A DNA stretch of 64,000 bases, taken from positions 177,630,001 to 177,694,000 of the forward strand of contig NC_091990.1 in NCBI RefSeq assembly GCF_044704955.1. Direction: 5' to 3'. The notes beneath the pieces were generated by a model. The model ran no database searches. It worked only from the letters and a program-made list of their open reading frames with translations, and was not told the DNA's origin. Shown piece by piece: positions 47,001 through 59,501 of the stretch. Position 1 is the first letter of the stretch. Each line of letters opens with the position of its first letter. The position numbers were made by a program, and so were the translations under genes. This DNA comes from Pristiophorus japonicus (lineage: Eukaryota).

Positions 47001-48695
47001 CACCGAAAATTGCGCAGACGCACTCAGCAGGCTTCCACTGACCACCACTGAGGGGGCAGCGGGGCAATGCGCTGTCGACGCCTTTGACAGCGCAGGCTCC
47101 CCCATCACAGCCCGCAGATCAAAATCTGGACAAACAGAGATCCCCTCCTATCCCTGATTAAGAAATGTGTTCTGACTGGGGATTGGGCGCCCGCACATGG
47201 AGCATGCCCTGAGGAGGTCAGACCCTTCCACAGACGGATGGATGAGCTCTCCATCCAGGCCGACTGCCTACTATGGGGCAGCCAGGTAGTTATGCCCCAG
47301 AAGGGAAGGGAGGCATTCATCAAGGAACTCCACAGCAAGCACCCAGGCATTGTGATGATGAAGGCCATTGCCCGGTCACACATTTGGTGGCCTGGAATTG
47401 ATTCAGACCTGGAACATTGTGTTCGCAAGTGCACGATGTGTGCCCAGCTGGGTAATGGCCCCAGGGAGGCCCCACTCAGCCCGTGGCCCTGGCCCACCAG
47501 GCCATGGTCACGCATTCATGTTGACTACGCAGGCCCATTCATGGGAAAGATGTTTCTCATCGTGGTGGACGCGTACTCGAAATGGATCGAGTGCATCATT
47601 TTGAATTCATGCACGGCATCCATCACCGTGGAAAGCCTACGTGCGATCTTCGCAACCCATGGCTTGCCCGACATCCTGGTTAGTGATAATGGCCCATGTT
47701 TCACAAGCTACGAATTCCGGGAGTTCATGTCGGGTAATGGCATCAACCACGTCAGGACAGCGCCGTTCAAGCCGGCCTCCAATGGCCAGGCGGAACGTGC
47801 GGTCCAAATCATTAAGCAAGGTATGCTCAGGATCCAAGGAACCTCTCTGCAATGCCGCCGATCGCGCCTCCTGCTGGCCTATAGATCCCGCCCGCACTTG
47901 CTCACGGGCTCCCGCCCGCAGAGCTACTAATGAAACGGACACTCAAAACTCGGTTGTCCCTCATTCACCCAGTCCTGTCCGACATTGTTGAGGGCAAGCG
48001 CCAGTCCCAAAACGAGTACCATGACCGCAATTCAAGGGGGAGGTTTATAGAAATAAATGATCCCGTATTCGTCCTCAATCACGCCATGGGGCCCAAATGG
48101 CTTGAGGGTACTGTAATTGACAAAGAGGGGAATAGGGTCATTGTGGTAAAACTCAACAATGGTCAGATATGCCGCCAGCATCTGGACCAAGTAAAAAAAA
48201 AGTTCAGCACCGACATGGAGGAACCTGAAGAAGACCACGAGTTGGAACTCACACGACCGCCAGTGAATGACCAACAAGAGCAATCAGCAGAATGTACAGT
48301 CCCTGCGGCCAGCCTGGACAGGCCGGAATCACCACAGGTGACAGACACTCAAGTTAGTGTCCAACAACCAGAGCCCCAACCGCGGTGCTCCACGAGGGAG
48401 CGTAGACCACCTGAAAGACTAAACCTATGATCCCAATAAGACTTTGGGGGGGAGGTGATGTCATGTATGTAACACCACTGTATTAGTGTATATACTTGAC
48501 CTTGATGCACACCATGACCACAAGGGGTGCACTTGTGGGAGACTGCCCCATACCTGCGCACCCAGGTATATAAAGGGAGGTCCCACGCAGGGTTGGGTTG
48601 TCTTAGTGCTGTAAATAAAGAGTAATGGTCTGTGTGTGACCTTGTCCCCAGGATGTGCCTCCTGTGATTTCATACTATAGAGTAAGGACTTTACA
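44014..48695 (+). mobile_element. Full-length Ty3/Gypsy LTR retrotransposon (degenerate) in dioxygenase intron 4
   Basis: 237-bp LTRs at 44014-44250 and 48459-48695 (about 10 mismatches by eye), TSD TCAAA, PBS TGGCGACGAG, G-rich PPT. Gag CCHC knuckles, ELDTGA protease, FQDD RT, RNase H, and IN (HVDYAGP, SDNG, AERAV). Confidence 0.96.
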
Positions 48696-49702
48696 TCAAA
48701 ATCGCCCAGATTACTTAGCCACCCTGGAGCTGCTGGGATCTGATGGTTCACAATTTTAACCTACCCAACTGATTAGGTAGCTAGAACACTCACCTAAAGC
48801 CGGTGCAGTCCTTTTTTTACATATGCATGCCAGGCCTGCGTGTTCAGGATCCGACTGCAAATTTAGCTCGGTGGCCTGAGCAGTTAAACCACAGTGACTT
48901 TACCGCTAGATGACGATAGCTGGAAAGAGGATCCAGGGCCAGAAGAGGCCCAAACAAGTAAGATTTTTAAACATTTTTTTTACTGCCATTGTGTGGCCAG
49001 AAGGAAACATTATACTCCCCCCCCCCACCCACACCCAGCCAGGGACTCGTCCCCTTCCGATCACTGGACTCCCGTGAGACAGCCCTGGGAGCTGATCCTG
49101 AATGCGACCTGATGTCAGCTGGCGGCCTCCAGGCCATGTGATTTTTTTTACCACATCCTGCCCAGAATATGTCGACCGGCGGAATTTAAATAAAGCCCAG
49201 GATTTTTAAAATATCTCGGCTCTAAGCAGTGGGTTAGTTGTTAACTCACACCGCTACTCACCTGCCCAAAACCAACCCAAGTTAAAATCAGGCCTTGAGA
49301 ATGTCAATCGATAAGCAAGAGCTTTATCGACATGATAGCGGTATTTAATGTATAAGGAGACCTATGTACATAGGCCTATATGGAGGCAAGAATAGCATGT
49401 TATGTATGAGCATAAGACTGGAATGAGCACAAACATTAAAATGTTAATTGGCCTATTTTAAGGGTACAGATTTATTTCTAATTTGTAACTGCAATGGGTG
49501 AGTTACATAAATGCACTTTTGTACTTTTTTTTAAAGATTTATCTTCAAGCTATGCCATAGGAGATTTATTAGTATTTATATAAAAACACTTGGAGATTGT
49601 CCTTCACATAGGATATGTTATGCAGAAGCATGGAAAGGATGAAATAAATAAAACAATTAGTTCATTATATTCATTTTAATCATTTGTGCAATCTCTTAAA
49701 AA

Positions 49703-49848
49703 GTAATAAAAATCCTACAACTCTCCGGTCTCTGTATTATCCATCAGTACAGAAATCCTCAGTGAAAGGACATCAGATCCGATGTGGAGAGCATTCTGAT
49801 TATGGCACATTCACTTTACTCTTCCAAGATAAGAATGGGGGTTTAGAG
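49703..49848 (+). CDS. Dioxygenase exon 5 (HxD iron-binding motif)
   Basis: NPTTLRSLYYP...IRCGEHSDYGTFTLLFQDKNGGLE; GTAAAT donor. The in-phase acceptor position reads AA, not AG. Confidence 0.88.
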
Positions 49849-49924
49849 GTAAATGAATATCTCTGCAATGTGATGTTTCTTTCAGCTTTAATTGTATTTT
49901 TTTGATGTGTTATAATAAATTACT

Positions 49925-50200
49925 TATGCACCTTCCAAAACCTTGTGCATCAAGCTGCACCTTTTAATGGTAAGTTGATCATATATGGCTCCAGGTGGGG
50001 TGGAGTGTAAAATGTTGTGATACATGGAGTATCGCAGTTGTGGGGGGCAAACTGGTTGGGCCGGATGCTCTTTACCTGTCCGCCATTGTTCATTGTTCAT
50101 CGGCTGCTGACCGAGGGCCTTGTGGCTCTTTGTCAACCGGCGAGGACACGATGGGCCGAAATGGTCTTCTTCTGCGCTGTAAATTTCTATGTTTCTATGA
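49925..50200 (+). mobile_element. CR1-like 3' UTR fragment
   Basis: Ends in the TTTCTATGTTTCTATG tail. Confidence 0.6.
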
Positions 50201-50772
50201 TGTGTTTGCTCCTTACTACTGTATATACATTTCAGTACTGCCTACACATTCCTAAGGATCTGAATTTTTATAAATGGTACTTTGAGCACATGTTCTCAAT
50301 GTCAGCACTTCATTATATTGTAACAATCTTTTTGTTTTCTGCTCACATTGACTTTGTTTACAATAATAGATTTACTGTGGCAGGGTGTGCTGTACTAACA
50401 AGACTCATCACCCTGTGGTTTGTTCAATGATTACATTAATACTAGGGGCCAAGATAAGCATGTCTCCAGGTGAATGGATGCCTTGTTTTTTTACTCTTTA
50501 AGTAAAAGACCAGGAAAATTCTCAGATTCAATTTCTAGTCTGTGCTAAGTTAACTGATAGAGGTGTCATAGATGGGCATAGAACCTATGAGCTAGGAAGA
50601 GTGGATCAAGAAACAGCAACGTTTCCTGCTCTTGATCATATCCAGTGACCTTTGCAAGAAACTGCATGTGTGTGGATGTTAGGTCATTAATTAGACTTCG
50701 ATATCATTAGTTGACTTGTCTGTCAATATTCACTGTTACGGTTCAGTGTGTGAAAGGTGGCTACTTTGAGCA

Positions 50773-51205
50773 AGGTACTGTTCGCATGCCAAACACGAGA
50801 ATCCTAAAGCAAGTGCTCTACTCGGAACTCCTTCATGGCAAACGAGCCAAAGGTGGGCAGAGGAAACTTTACGAGGACACCCTCAAAGCCTCCCTGATAA
50901 AGTGCAACATCCCCACTGACACCTGGGAGTCCCTGACCAAAGACCGCCCTCAGTGGAGGAAGTGCATCCGGGGAGGGCGCCGAGCACCTCGAGTCTCATC
51001 GCCGAGAGCATGCAGAAACCAAGCGCAGGCAGCGGAAAGAGCGTGCGGCAAACCTGTCCCACCCACCCTTTCCCTCAACGACTATCTGTCCCACCTGTGA
51101 CAGGGACTGTGGTTCTCGTATTGGACTGTTGAGCCATCTAAGGACTCATTTTTAGAGTGGAAACAAGTCTTTCTCGATTCCGAGGGATTGCCAATGATGA
51201 TGATG
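50773..51205 (+). mobile_element. RTE LINE 3' fragment with a long (~45-bp) TSD
   Basis: RMPNTRILKQVLYSELLHGKRAKGGQRK; (GAT)n tail; flanks 50728-50772 and 51206-51250 are imperfect direct repeats. Confidence 0.9.
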
Positions 51206-51380
51206 ATTCACTGTTATAGTTCAGTGCGTGAAAGGTGGCCACTATAAGCACCCAAGAGCTGGCAGTGAATTGATACTTTCAGATGAAGAAATAAATGTGG
51301 AGGGAGGGTATATAAAAAAACTAATGGTTTTAATATGATTGCTGGCAGCGTTTCAACACTTTACAACATCTGTATTTTAG

Positions 51381-51490
51381 GTTATGCACAAGTCTGGCCA
51401 GTACATTGCTGCTCCCTACATCCCAAACACTATTCTGCTCAACACAGCCAACCTCCTGCAGAGGTGGCATCTGACACGTTGATTTCCACA
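51381..51490 (+). pseudogene. Dioxygenase exon 6 with an apparent 1-nt deletion
   Basis: VMHKSGQYIAAPYIPNTILLNTANLLQRW is followed by a shifted frame reading (T)SDTLIST up to a GTGAGA donor. The 110-nt length is not a multiple of 3 and TGA is reached in frame. Confidence 0.8.
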
Positions 51491-52582
51491 GTGAGATGGC
51501 ACTCGTTTTGGTAAAATACTCATTTGAAAATTTAAAATCTTATTCTTAATTTTTTTCTTTTGTAGGGGAGATGCAGATGCAATCTTTGGGAGATGATATC
51601 CTTCCATACAATATTTGTAACGCATTGCTTATCATGTTTACATAAAATTCCTCCGTTTTGATATGCATTTGGATGAAATTGTTCCACGCTGTATTTATAA
51701 TGCATTGATTAACACGTATGTGAAATTTTCCTGTTTATTATTTTAATGAAAGCATTAAATGATTTTAAACTACACAATTTTGTCCAAATGCATTAACTAA
51801 TCTTTTACAAATATCGCACGGGAGAATCTAAACTCAACAATTAACTTTCAGATTGGATAGTGACATTTTATTTATTTTATAGCCTTCAGGGAATAGTATT
51901 AACAGATACATTGAATATTATGAACAGCGTATAGTTATAATTATACATGTATTAATTCACTAATATACCCACGAGGTCCACTTCCTGCTTCCTGGTATAA
52001 TATTAGCAAATCTCCAGTCATCCGGCACTACTCCTGTACCCAATACTTCAGAATGTTTTATTTAAGTCCTGTTTCACGACAGTAACATGTAAACACATGA
52101 AAATCCCCACCATTATGTCATTCCAAAGCTGAATACATCATAACAAAATCAAAAAAATTGTGTCCCAATAGGCAGGCAATTATGTTTACAATGTTTATGT
52201 AGCTGCAACACCAATCTCTGACATTAATGTTTGACATTTAAGTTGAAAAGTATGAAAGGCAGATTTTGGGATATTGTATTGAACTTCAGTTTTTTTTGCC
52301 AACTCACTTGCACATCAAATCGTTTGTTTTTTGCTACAATATGGAAAGCATGCATTGCATTAGATTTGAAAAAATAGTGCTAAAGCTGCGGCCGCCACTC
52401 TTTCGCCAGCTTCTGACGGTTCCCGTAGCAGCAGCTGTTTTCACGCTTACCTTTGCGCTGCTGGTAACTGGCATTGCCATACTGGAGAAATAGCAGCGTT
52501 GTGAAGTAAATCGGTGTATGTCGCAAGTGCGAACTTTGACCCTAGTGCTGAATTCAGTGCTGGGTCCTAAGCACGCCAGGTT

Positions 52583-55500
52583 TGTCATGTCTTCAACTAT
52601 CATTGTAACCCATGTATAACTTGACCTAAGTGGTACACCTTGAGAACATTGACCACAAGGGTGTGAACTTGTGGGCGACACTCCTAACCTGGACTTAAAA
52701 GGGGAAGCTCCACCCACCTTCATCACTTAAAGGTAACTGGTCACAGAGTGACCTTCTCTCAAGTATGGACCTGGTGTGCATTTATACTGTATAGGAAGGA
52801 CATATCATTGGTGATGAGAAACTGGGATTTAAACCACGCGAGCATGGCCACTAGCAGCACAGAAGAGAGGTACTGTGTTGGTGATGATTGGGGTGACTTT
52901 ATTGAGAGACTACAGCAAAGTTTTGTCACTAAGGAATAGTTGGGACAGGATTCAGCCAACAAACGCAGGGCTCATCTCCTGACGGTTTGTGGATCCAGAA
53001 CGTACTCCCTGATGAAGGACCTTCTAGCGCCAGAGAAGCCGGCGGACAAGACATTCGAAGAGCTCAGTAAGTTGATCGGGGAACACCTTAAACCAGCGAG
53101 CAGCATGCACATGGCGAGACACTGGTTTTACACGCACCAGCAGCAAGAAGGGCAAAGCGTTCCAGACTTCATAGCAGATCTCCAGCGACTGGCAAGCCTA
53201 TGTAAATTCCCAGATGCATGCAGAGCGAAGGTTCTGCGAGCTTTTTTTATTGAGGGCATCGGGCATGCTGGGGTTGTCAGGAAACTGATTGAGACCAAAG
53301 ACTTGACCTTGGAAGCGACCACTCTGATAGCCCAGACATTTAGCTCAGGGGAAGAAGAGACCAGAATGATGTATGACAAAAATCTTGGCTCAAATGCGGC
53401 AAACGACCAGGGAGACAACATTGTTAACGCGGCCCACAGTTCTCTAGGCAGACAAGGGCAATCGGACATGCCCCAGCATGTAGTCGAACCCAAAGGGGGA
53501 ATTCAACAGAAACAATGGCTAGCTGTACGGCGATTCATGCCATCGCAATGGACAATGCGGCCAGTAATGGGGCCATCAACACCTGTCAATGGTGCGCTTA
53601 AGGACAGTTAATCAGAGACAGTCAGAGACGATTGACTGATAATGGACCTTTTGTTTCCAACAACAGGGCCTCCAGCTCATGCTGGAGGTGTGGAGGCAAA
53701 CACCCAGCCAGAGCTTGCAGGTATCAGCAATATACCTGCAAAAACTGCAATGTCAGCGGTCACTTGGCGCATATGTGCAGGAAACCTGCAGCCAGGTTGA
53801 TGTACGAGGAGGACGGGCCCGATGTAAGCCCTACGAGGCCAAATGAATATTGGGGGAAATCGCTGGAAGCTGAAGTTCAGCGAGTTCATGTGGAGCACAT
53901 ATACAGTTCATATACCAGGACGCCACCAATAATGATGAAGGTGCTCGTCAATGGCATCCCAGTATTAATGGAGATAGACACGGGGGTGTCAAACAGTTCA
54001 AAAGGTTGTGGGTGTCAAAGGCCAGGAGACCAAAATTATTGCCGATTGACGCACAGCCATGGACATATACAAAGGAGATCATTCCGGTGCTAGGCAGTGC
54101 CACGGCAATTGTGACCCACAAAGATTCGGAGAACAGGTTACCACTCTGGATTGTCCCGGGGGACAGTCCCGCACTATTGGGGAGGAGTTGGCTTGCTATC
54201 ATGAACTGGAAATGGGGCGATGTCAATGCAATTTCTTCAGTGGAGCGAGTATCAAGCTCACAGGTCCTGGACAAATTTGACTCATTACTTCAACCCGGCA
54301 TCGGCACTTTCATGGGGGCCAAGGTAGTGATTCACGTAAACCCGGATGCCAGGCCAGAACACCAAAAGGACAGAGCGGTGCCGTACGTGATGCGGGAAAG
54401 GATAGAATGTGAATTGGACCGCTTGCTGAGGGAAGGCATCATCTCGCCAGTCGAATTCAGTGACTGGGCGAGCCCGATCGTGCCAGTGCTCAAGGCAGAT
54501 GGGTCAGTCAGGATATGTGGCGATTACAAGGTCCACCATCAATCGGGTGTCACTCAAAGACCAGTACCTGCTACTGAGAGCGGAGGACCAATTTGCGACG
54601 CTATCCGGTGGCAAACTTTTTTCAAAATTGGACCTGACCTCAGCTTACATGACCCAGGAGCTGGCGAGTGAGTCGAAGAAGCTGACCACCATCATGACAC
54701 ACAAGGGGTTGTTTGAGTACAACAGATGTCCGTTCGGGATTCGTTCACCCGCCGCGATCTTTCAGCGAAATATGGAAAGCCTCCTCAAGTCGATTCTAAA
54801 GACGGTGGTTTTTCAAGACAACATCCTCATCACGGGTCGCGATACTGAAGAACACCTCCACAACCTGGAGGAGGTGCTACGCAGACTGGACCGGGTAGGG
54901 CTGCGACTGAAAAAGGCGAAGTGCGTCTTCTTAGCTCCAGAGGTAGAATTCCTGGGGAGGAGGGTAGCAGCAGACGGGATCAGACCTACTGCGTCCAAAA
55001 CGGAAGCGATCCAGAGAGCACCCAGACCCCGTAACACGACGGAGCTGCGTTCATTCCTGGGGCTCCTGAACTATTTTGGTAACTTTCTTCCCAAATTGAG
55101 CATGCTGTTAGAGCCGCTACACGTGCTCCTATGCAAAGGTTGCGATTAGGTCTGGGGGGACAGCCAGGAAAGGGCTTTTGATAGAGCATGCAATTTGTTA
55201 TGCTCCAACAAACTGTTAACATTATATGACCCATGTAAGAAACTTGATTTAACATGCGATGCGTCGTCCTATGGGGTCGAGTGTGTGTTGCAGCATGTGA
55301 ATGCCAATGGTCAGTTACAGCCGGTAGCTTATGCCTCCAGAAGTCTGTCCCAGGCAGAAAGGGGCTACAGGATGGTAGAAAAGGAAGCGCTAGCATGTGT
55401 ATATGCAGTAAAAAAGAGGCACCAGTACCTGTTTGGCAGGAAATTTGAGCTGGAGACAAATCACAAACCCCTAACGTCCCTTTTGGCTGACAACAAGGCC

Positions 55501-57302
55501 ATAAATGCGAATGCATTGGCCCGCATACAGAGGTGGGCACTCACGTTAGCAGCCTATGACTTCACAATTCGGCACAGACCGGGCACTGAAAACTGTGCCG
55601 ATGCACTCAGCAGGCTCCCACTAGCCACCACTAAGGGGGCAACTGAGCATGATGCTGAGATGGTCATGGCTGTTGAAGCTTTCGAAAGCGAAGACTCACC
55701 TGTGACAGCCCGTCAGATTAAAGACTGGACAAATAAAGACCCGCTACTGTCTTTAGTTAAGAAATGTGTCCTGAATGGGGACTGGGCAGCCAGGTACGGG
55801 GCATGCCCTGAGGAATTTAAACCGTTTCATAGGCGCAAGTGTGAACTCTCGATTCAGGCCGATTGCCTACTGTGGAGAAACCAGGTAGTGATGCCCCAGA
55901 TGGGCAGAGAGGTGTTTATCAGAGAACTTCACAATTAGCACCCAGGCATTGTCATGATGAAGGCAATTGCCAGGTCACATGTTTGGTGGCCAGGGATAGA
56001 TGCAGACCTGGAACTTTGTGTTCGCAGCTGCAACACATGTGCTCAGCTGGGCAACGCACCCAGGGAAGCCCCCCATAGCCCCTGGTCCTGGCCCGCCTTG
56101 CCATGGTCATGCATCCATGTGGACTACGCAGGTCCTTTCATGGGAAAAATGTTTTTGGTTGTAGTAGATGCCTACTCCAAATGGATTGAGTGTGCCATTT
56201 TAAATTCAAGCACATCCTCTGCCACGGTAGAAAGTCTACGGGCAATGTTCACCGCCCATGGTCTACTGGATGTCTTGGTCAACAATAATGGCCCGTGCTT
56301 CACAAGCACTGAATTCCAGGACTTCATGGCAGGCAATGGAATCAACCATGTCAGAACGGCACCGTTCAAGCCAGCCTCAAATGGCCAGGCAGAACGAGCA
56401 GTGCAGATAATCAAACGGGATGCTCAGAATACAAGGGGGTTCCCTACAAAGCCACTTATCACGCCTCCTGTTGGCCTACAGATCCTGACCACACTCGCTC
56501 ACAGGAGTTCCAGCCACAGAGCTGCTCATGAAAAGGACGCTTAAAACCCGGTTATCCCTTATACACCTCACCATGAAAGAAATTGTTGAGAGCAGGCATC
56601 AGTCACAATGTGACTACCATGACAGGAATGCGAGGGCGCGATGTACTGATGTCAATGACCCTGTTTTTGTCCTTAATTACGCTGCAGGGCCCAGATGGCT
56701 TGCAGGCACTGTGATTGCCAAAGAGGGGAATAGGGTTTTGGTAGTTACACTTACCAATGGACAAATCTGCCGCAAACACGTGTGTCAAACTAAAAGGAGG
56801 TTCAGCAATCCCATAGAAGAAGCAGAGGAAAAACACGATGCAGAGTTCACTCCACCACAGGTGACCGAACACTGGAACCAAGTGGAGGAGAGCCCAGTCA
56901 CTGTGGGTAGTCCGGACAGGCCTGAGGCACCACAAACAGCAGACACTCAGGCCAGCGCCCAACAACCGGAGCCCCAACTCAGGCGCTCTACAATGGAGCG
57001 TAAACCACCAGAGAGACTTAACCTGTGATCCCAATTCGACTTTGGCCGGGAGGTTATGTCATGTATTCAACTATCATTGTAACCCATGTATAAGCTGACC
57101 TAAGCTGTACACCTTAGAACATTGACCACAAGGGGGTGAACTTGTGGGAGACACTCCTAACCTGGAATTTCAGGTATAAAAGGGGAAGCTCTAACCACCT
57201 TCATCACTTCAGTGCTGGCTAATAAAGGTTACTGGTCACAGAGTGACCTTCTCTCAAGTATGGGCCTCGTGTGCATTTATACTGTATAGTAAGGACCTAT
57301 CA
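52583..57302 (+). mobile_element. Full-length Ty3/Gypsy LTR retrotransposon (degenerate), same family as 44014
   Basis: LTRs 52583-52807 and 57057-57302, TSD AGGTT (52578-52582, 57303-57307), and gag-PR-RT-RH-IN fragments. Confidence 0.95.
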
Positions 57303-57514
57303 AGGTTAACCTGTCATACAAGCAGGCTGACAGTGGCGATGTCAGCACCTCTTAAAAGGACTGACACTTCGTTCATTGGATTGAAGGGCTTTTTTTTATT
57401 TTATTAAACTGGTGGCTTGCTGCAATAGATGTGAAAAGTTCGTTAAGTGTGTAGGGAGTGCTGCTGGCCGATTGCAAAGGCTTGGATGGTAAATTAAGGC
57501 CTTTGAGAAGAAAG

Positions 57515-57622
57515 AAAATGCAGCAAATACTCAGCAGGTCAGGCAACATCTGTGGTGAGAAAAACAGATTTTACGTCTCGGGTCGAGATGCTGTCTGACC
57601 AGCTGAGTATTTCCAGCATTTT
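57515..57622. repeat. Short palindromic (MITE-like) element
   Basis: ~36-bp imperfect inverted repeat AAAATGCAGCAAATACTCAGCAGGTCAGGCAACATC / GATGCTGTCTGACCAGCTGAGTATTTCCAGCATTTT; a related half-copy lies near 14195-14236. Confidence 0.65.
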
Positions 57623-57639
57623 ATGCTATCATTTCACGT

Positions 57640-58750
57640 TTACAGCATCTGCTTGCAGAGGGAAGAGGAAGACATAGAAGAGGAGGAAGCCGCAGAGGAG
57701 CAAGCTGAAGAGGAAGAAGGAGAAGAGGGGGAATCAGAGTGGGGGGAAGCAGATGGAAGGATGCATCTCAGACAGCCACTTTGTGGCCAGGATATCGGGA
57801 TGGACTCATCTGCAAGTGGCCACAACCCCAATTCATTTTTCAATATTAGTCCCATACCTTACCATCTGTTACTGACCATCACAACATTCTCTTGGCCATG
57901 ATGCTGACATAAAAGCCACCACAAAGCAAACTTTCCAAACCACCTATATACATCCATTGTGACATCAAGAAATCAACTCTCCTGTATGCATTCTCTTAGT
58001 GAGTGTCTTGTGTGTGCCTTTGCCTATCCTACTCATGTCAAGCATGGTTGGTGGAAGGCTACTGACTTTCAATGGGGGACACTGAAAATAGCCTTGCTGG
58101 TTGACCTTGAGGAGCAGATAGCTTGGAATGTCAAATCAATCTTCTTCTTCTTCATGCTCCTCTCCCTCTTCTCGTCATCCACTGGCTGGGCAGGCTGCAT
58201 TTCTTGAGTGTGTGAAATGAGGAAGGCACAAAGATGGAGTGTGGTAATAGGAGGGTGAGAAGGCATGAGGTGCATGCCAGAAGGAGGATAACGTATGAGG
58301 ATACCCCAGCATAATTTGTCCTTTCAGCCCGACCAAGGGCGCAGCCCTGCCCCTGTCAAGAATGGCCTGCACTGTCCCCTCCAAAGGGGGTGAGGTAGGG
58401 CTAGGAATGGGAGATGTGCCTCATGATTGTTGCAGATTGTTGGTAGGAGAGTAATTGGGGGTGGGGTCATGCATTGAGCAGTGTATGAGGCTAGTGTTGC
58501 AGTTGGTAGGAAACGGCTTTTGAAGATGCATTCACTGACCTTGACCAGTGGTCTGAGGTCTTGAAGATTCTTTGATCACTGGAGCCAAGTGGTGGGAGCA
58601 AAACTGCTGGCAGTGAGGGCCTCGGTGATATGATCCCACATCGTTCTTTCTGGAGGGCCTCCTGGCCCCTGTGAGTAGAGGGCCTGTCTTGCAGTGTTGA
58701 CCCCCTGCACAAAGCTAGAGTGCTGCATGCGAGACCCTGGGTGCCCCCTC
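57640..58750. mobile_element. Highly decayed Harbinger remnant (transposase acidic tail on +, Myb-like remnant on -)
   Basis: Poly-Glu tail followed by R.....G...R, as in the other Harbinger transposases; Myb-exon-like text near 58540-58700. Confidence 0.45.
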
Positions 58751-59501
58751 CATAGCTTGCTGAGCCATTTGTGTAAGTGCTGAGGTATTTATCCCATTTT
58801 TTGAGATTAGGAAGGGAATTAAGCTTTAAGAGCTGAATATTTACATTTAGGACTTTTTAAACATGAAAGATTTTTTAAATGGCAGAAAAGGCTGAAAACC
58901 GCATTATTTCACTTAATTTTAATTTGTATTGCTTCAGTGTGCAAGGTCCCTTTAATTCTCATACCTCTTCATTGCCCACAATTCCTTGTGAGCTCCACAA
59001 CCTCACTTCCAGAGGCCATGGGAAGTTCCAACGCTGTGCCTGCATGCAAACTTCGCCTCGGATGCCTCCAGAAACGCCACCAGGATGGTAGGTAAGTGCT
59101 GCGCCAACAATCTCCCTTCCCCACCCCAGATCAATTTTGCTCCGTTAGCATTGCGGCCATTTTCAGAGGCCGTTAGCTCCATGGCTAAAATTTATTTCTC
59201 CCTCGGAGAGTCAAAAGCATTTGAAGCACTGGAATGTTGCCTCCCTCAAAAGTAATATGCTCCCTCTAGACAAATTTGCATATTTCGCCCAGCACACAGA
59301 CAAAATAATTATTTTCAGAGGCTAATTTTAAATTCATATTGGTAGATTTTCAACTATCAAAGCAGCTTTGCGGATCGGTTGGCCTTATAGAACCCGCTCG
59401 ATTTTCATTTCCAATCTGCATTGAAGTTTTATGCTTAGGTAGTAAGTTGAAAATCTACCCCGTAATATATTGGCTTATCTAAAACTTCACATAAAACTAT
59501 A

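Larger units (their letters stand above)
32878..51490 (+). pseudogene. 2-oxoglutarate/Fe(II) dioxygenase gene (DIOX_N + 2OG-FeII_Oxy, IPNS/flavonol-synthase-like), 6 exons seen, apparently disabled; final exon not found in the window
   Basis: Exons 32878-33030, 39527-39651, 40754-40820, 43238-43394, 49703-49848 and 51381-51490 are phase-compatible. Motifs: IEVVDF, GFVYLKNTGI, HGWV, LKEAFN, LRSLYYP, RCGEHSDYGTFTLLFQD..GGLEV, LQRW. Confidence 0.88.
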
